Both the position numbers and the translations under genes were made by a program. Below, piece by piece: positions 49,801 through 51,436 of a DNA stretch of 51,436 nt. Source of the DNA: Octopus bimaculoides. Its lineage: Eukaryota. Position 1 is the first letter of the stretch. Each line of letters starts with the position of its first letter. The stretch is from NCBI RefSeq assembly GCF_001194135.2, contig NC_068989.1:49675420-49726855 (forward strand), read 5' to 3'. A model generated the notes under the pieces. The model was not told where the DNA came from. It did not search any database and worked only from the letters and a program-made list of their open reading frames with translations.

Positions 49801-50162
49801 CGACGGGTTAAAGTAAGAATTAAGCAACATCTTTTATAAATAATGATGTTTATATATTAGACAGATCAAAGAAAATATTGAAGACATTCAATCAAGGAAT
49901 AATTAAGCAAAGAAACATAAATAAAAAGAAATTAGCATACATTACATATTCATATACTCAATTATAGACCCGCCTACATGCATAAAGATTTGCACATATA
50001 TACAAATATGTATATACATACATGAATACAGATGTATCTTTTCTATAAACACACACCATACAAATATACACACATAACACGTTTACAAATACACATATAC
50101 ATACGTACATGAAAACTTATATATTTTCTGTAAGCATACACCATACAAATAAATAAAAATAG

Positions 50163-50383
50163 ATGCGCCCTTTTAAAGCCTAGCCAGGCTCATGGGCCCG
50201 GTTTCCCGGTTTCAATGGCGTATGTGTTCCCCAGCTGGACAGGATGCCAGTCCATCGCAGCGTTACTCATTTTTGCCAGCTGAGTGGACTGGAGTAACGT
50301 GAAATGAAGTGTTTTGCTCAAGAACACAACGCGTCACCCGGCCCAGGAATCGAAACTACAATCTCACGATCATGATGCCTCAT
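50163..50383 (-). mobile_element. SINE-C variant: partial head + CORE-like domain + alternative tail
   Basis: gttgtgttcttgagcaaaacacttcatttcacgttactccagtccactcagctggcaaaaatg followed by a tail unlike 6570/44414. Confidence 0.8.
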
Positions 50384-50394
50384 AACTGGCATGA

Positions 50395-50627
50395 ACTGAT
50401 TAGATTTGGGGATTAATTTGGTACCAGATAAGGATTCTGGATTATTTTTCTTGTTTTTTTCATTTACTTAATATTTGAGAATGGCCGGGTTCATTCTTAG
50501 TATTCTCGTTTGTGAGAGCAGTGAAGTTTATTTCAGATATTCTCATTTTAAAAAATCATCTCTGGCTAATCATTGAGAAAACGTTGGTGTTGCCTTGGTG
50601 AAGGTTTGCATTATCTGAGTGCTCTTG
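50395..50627 (+). mobile_element. possible non-autonomous Helitron/Helentron-like end
   Basis: Ends gccttggtgaaggtttgcattatctgagtgctcttgtt, recalled as a rolling-circle element 3' terminus; not verifiable in-window. Confidence 0.3.
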
Positions 50628-50809
50628 TTATCATCATCATCATCATCATCATCATCACTACTTTCTTCCATCTTTACATATGAGTTGAAATTTCTCGGAG
50701 GTTAATTTTGCCTTTCATCCTTTTAGGGTTGTTAAAATAAGTAGCAGTTGATCACTGGTGATGGTAGGCCTTGTGCCTATAGTAAAAAGGGCGATCATTA
50801 ATTTGTTGC

Positions 50810-51000
50810 AGCAAGCTGGCAGAATTGTTAGCATACTGGTCAAAATGCTTAGGAGCTTTTTATCTATCATGACTAACTGAGTTCAAATTCCACTGAGGTT
50901 AACTTTATCTTTCATCATTTCGGGGCTCAGCTGAATACTGGGTTCGATGTCATTGACTAACTCCCTCCACCAAAATATCTATAATAGAAAAGATTACTTC
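50810..51000 (+). mobile_element. SINE-A2, degenerate
   Basis: aagctggcagaattgttagc..gagttcaaattccactgaggttaacttt. Confidence 0.7.
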
Positions 51001-51436
51001 TTTATTAGTGAGTTTATTTAATTAAACTACTTGATTACTAGTTGAACTGTTAGATCAATCAACCACTCAGCCTTTTTGCTTGAATCATTTCCATGCCAAC
51101 ATGCTCTTGTTACTCTAGGCTCTGTCTTCAGAAAGGGCTCTGACAAACTAGCTGAATGAATGACTGATCAAATAATTAATCAAGAGATTAATTAGTCATT
51201 GGTTAAATAGCTAATTGGTTAACTATTTGATTAATAATAATAAAACTGAAGTGATAAAGAACCAGAATGCTTCTTATTGGTAAATGTCCCTCCCAATATA
51301 CAATATCTGTTTCAGTTCATGATTTCATGTCAGCAATCTTGCAAAATAAAATCTACAAAAACGATATGTGCGTCTGTGTGTTTATATGTTTGTGCATATG
51401 TGCGCATGTGTATGTATACTGATATATATATATATA

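Noticed and set aside
51160-51245. Cluster of TAATT/TAATTGG homeodomain-like sites
   Set aside because: Expected in very AT-rich DNA; no independent support.

Overview
AT-rich, microsatellite-dense eukaryotic draft sequence with nine N-gaps. The repeat families look like those of an octopus (inference from recalled SINE/LINE consensus shapes, not a database hit). No complete, recognisable protein-coding gene, tRNA, rRNA or CRISPR array is supported. Most supplied ORFs are microsatellite, gap or antisense-TE artefacts. The window is mostly layered transposon debris: RTE, CR1-type and Tx1/L1 LINE fragments, a Penelope-like (GIY-YIG) element, Tc1/mariner relics of DD34D, DD37D and DD41D type, MITEs and three tRNA-derived SINE families. 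The most interesting signals: (1) two structurally complete minimal type-I hammerhead ribozymes (24016-24064 and 29204-29290, minus strand), one inside a 74-bp inverted repeat and one at the 3' end of the Penelope-like ORF, plus decayed hammerhead-like copies; (2) a 3' tail shared between a SINE and the Tx1 LINE; (3) an unclassified 1.9-kb direct-repeat-bounded element with a decayed ORF; (4) a CpG-rich patch with divergent splice donors (possible bidirectional promoter) and a few phase-compatible candidate micro-exons. All alignments and translations were done by eye; boundaries of degenerate repeats are approximate (about +/-20 bp).
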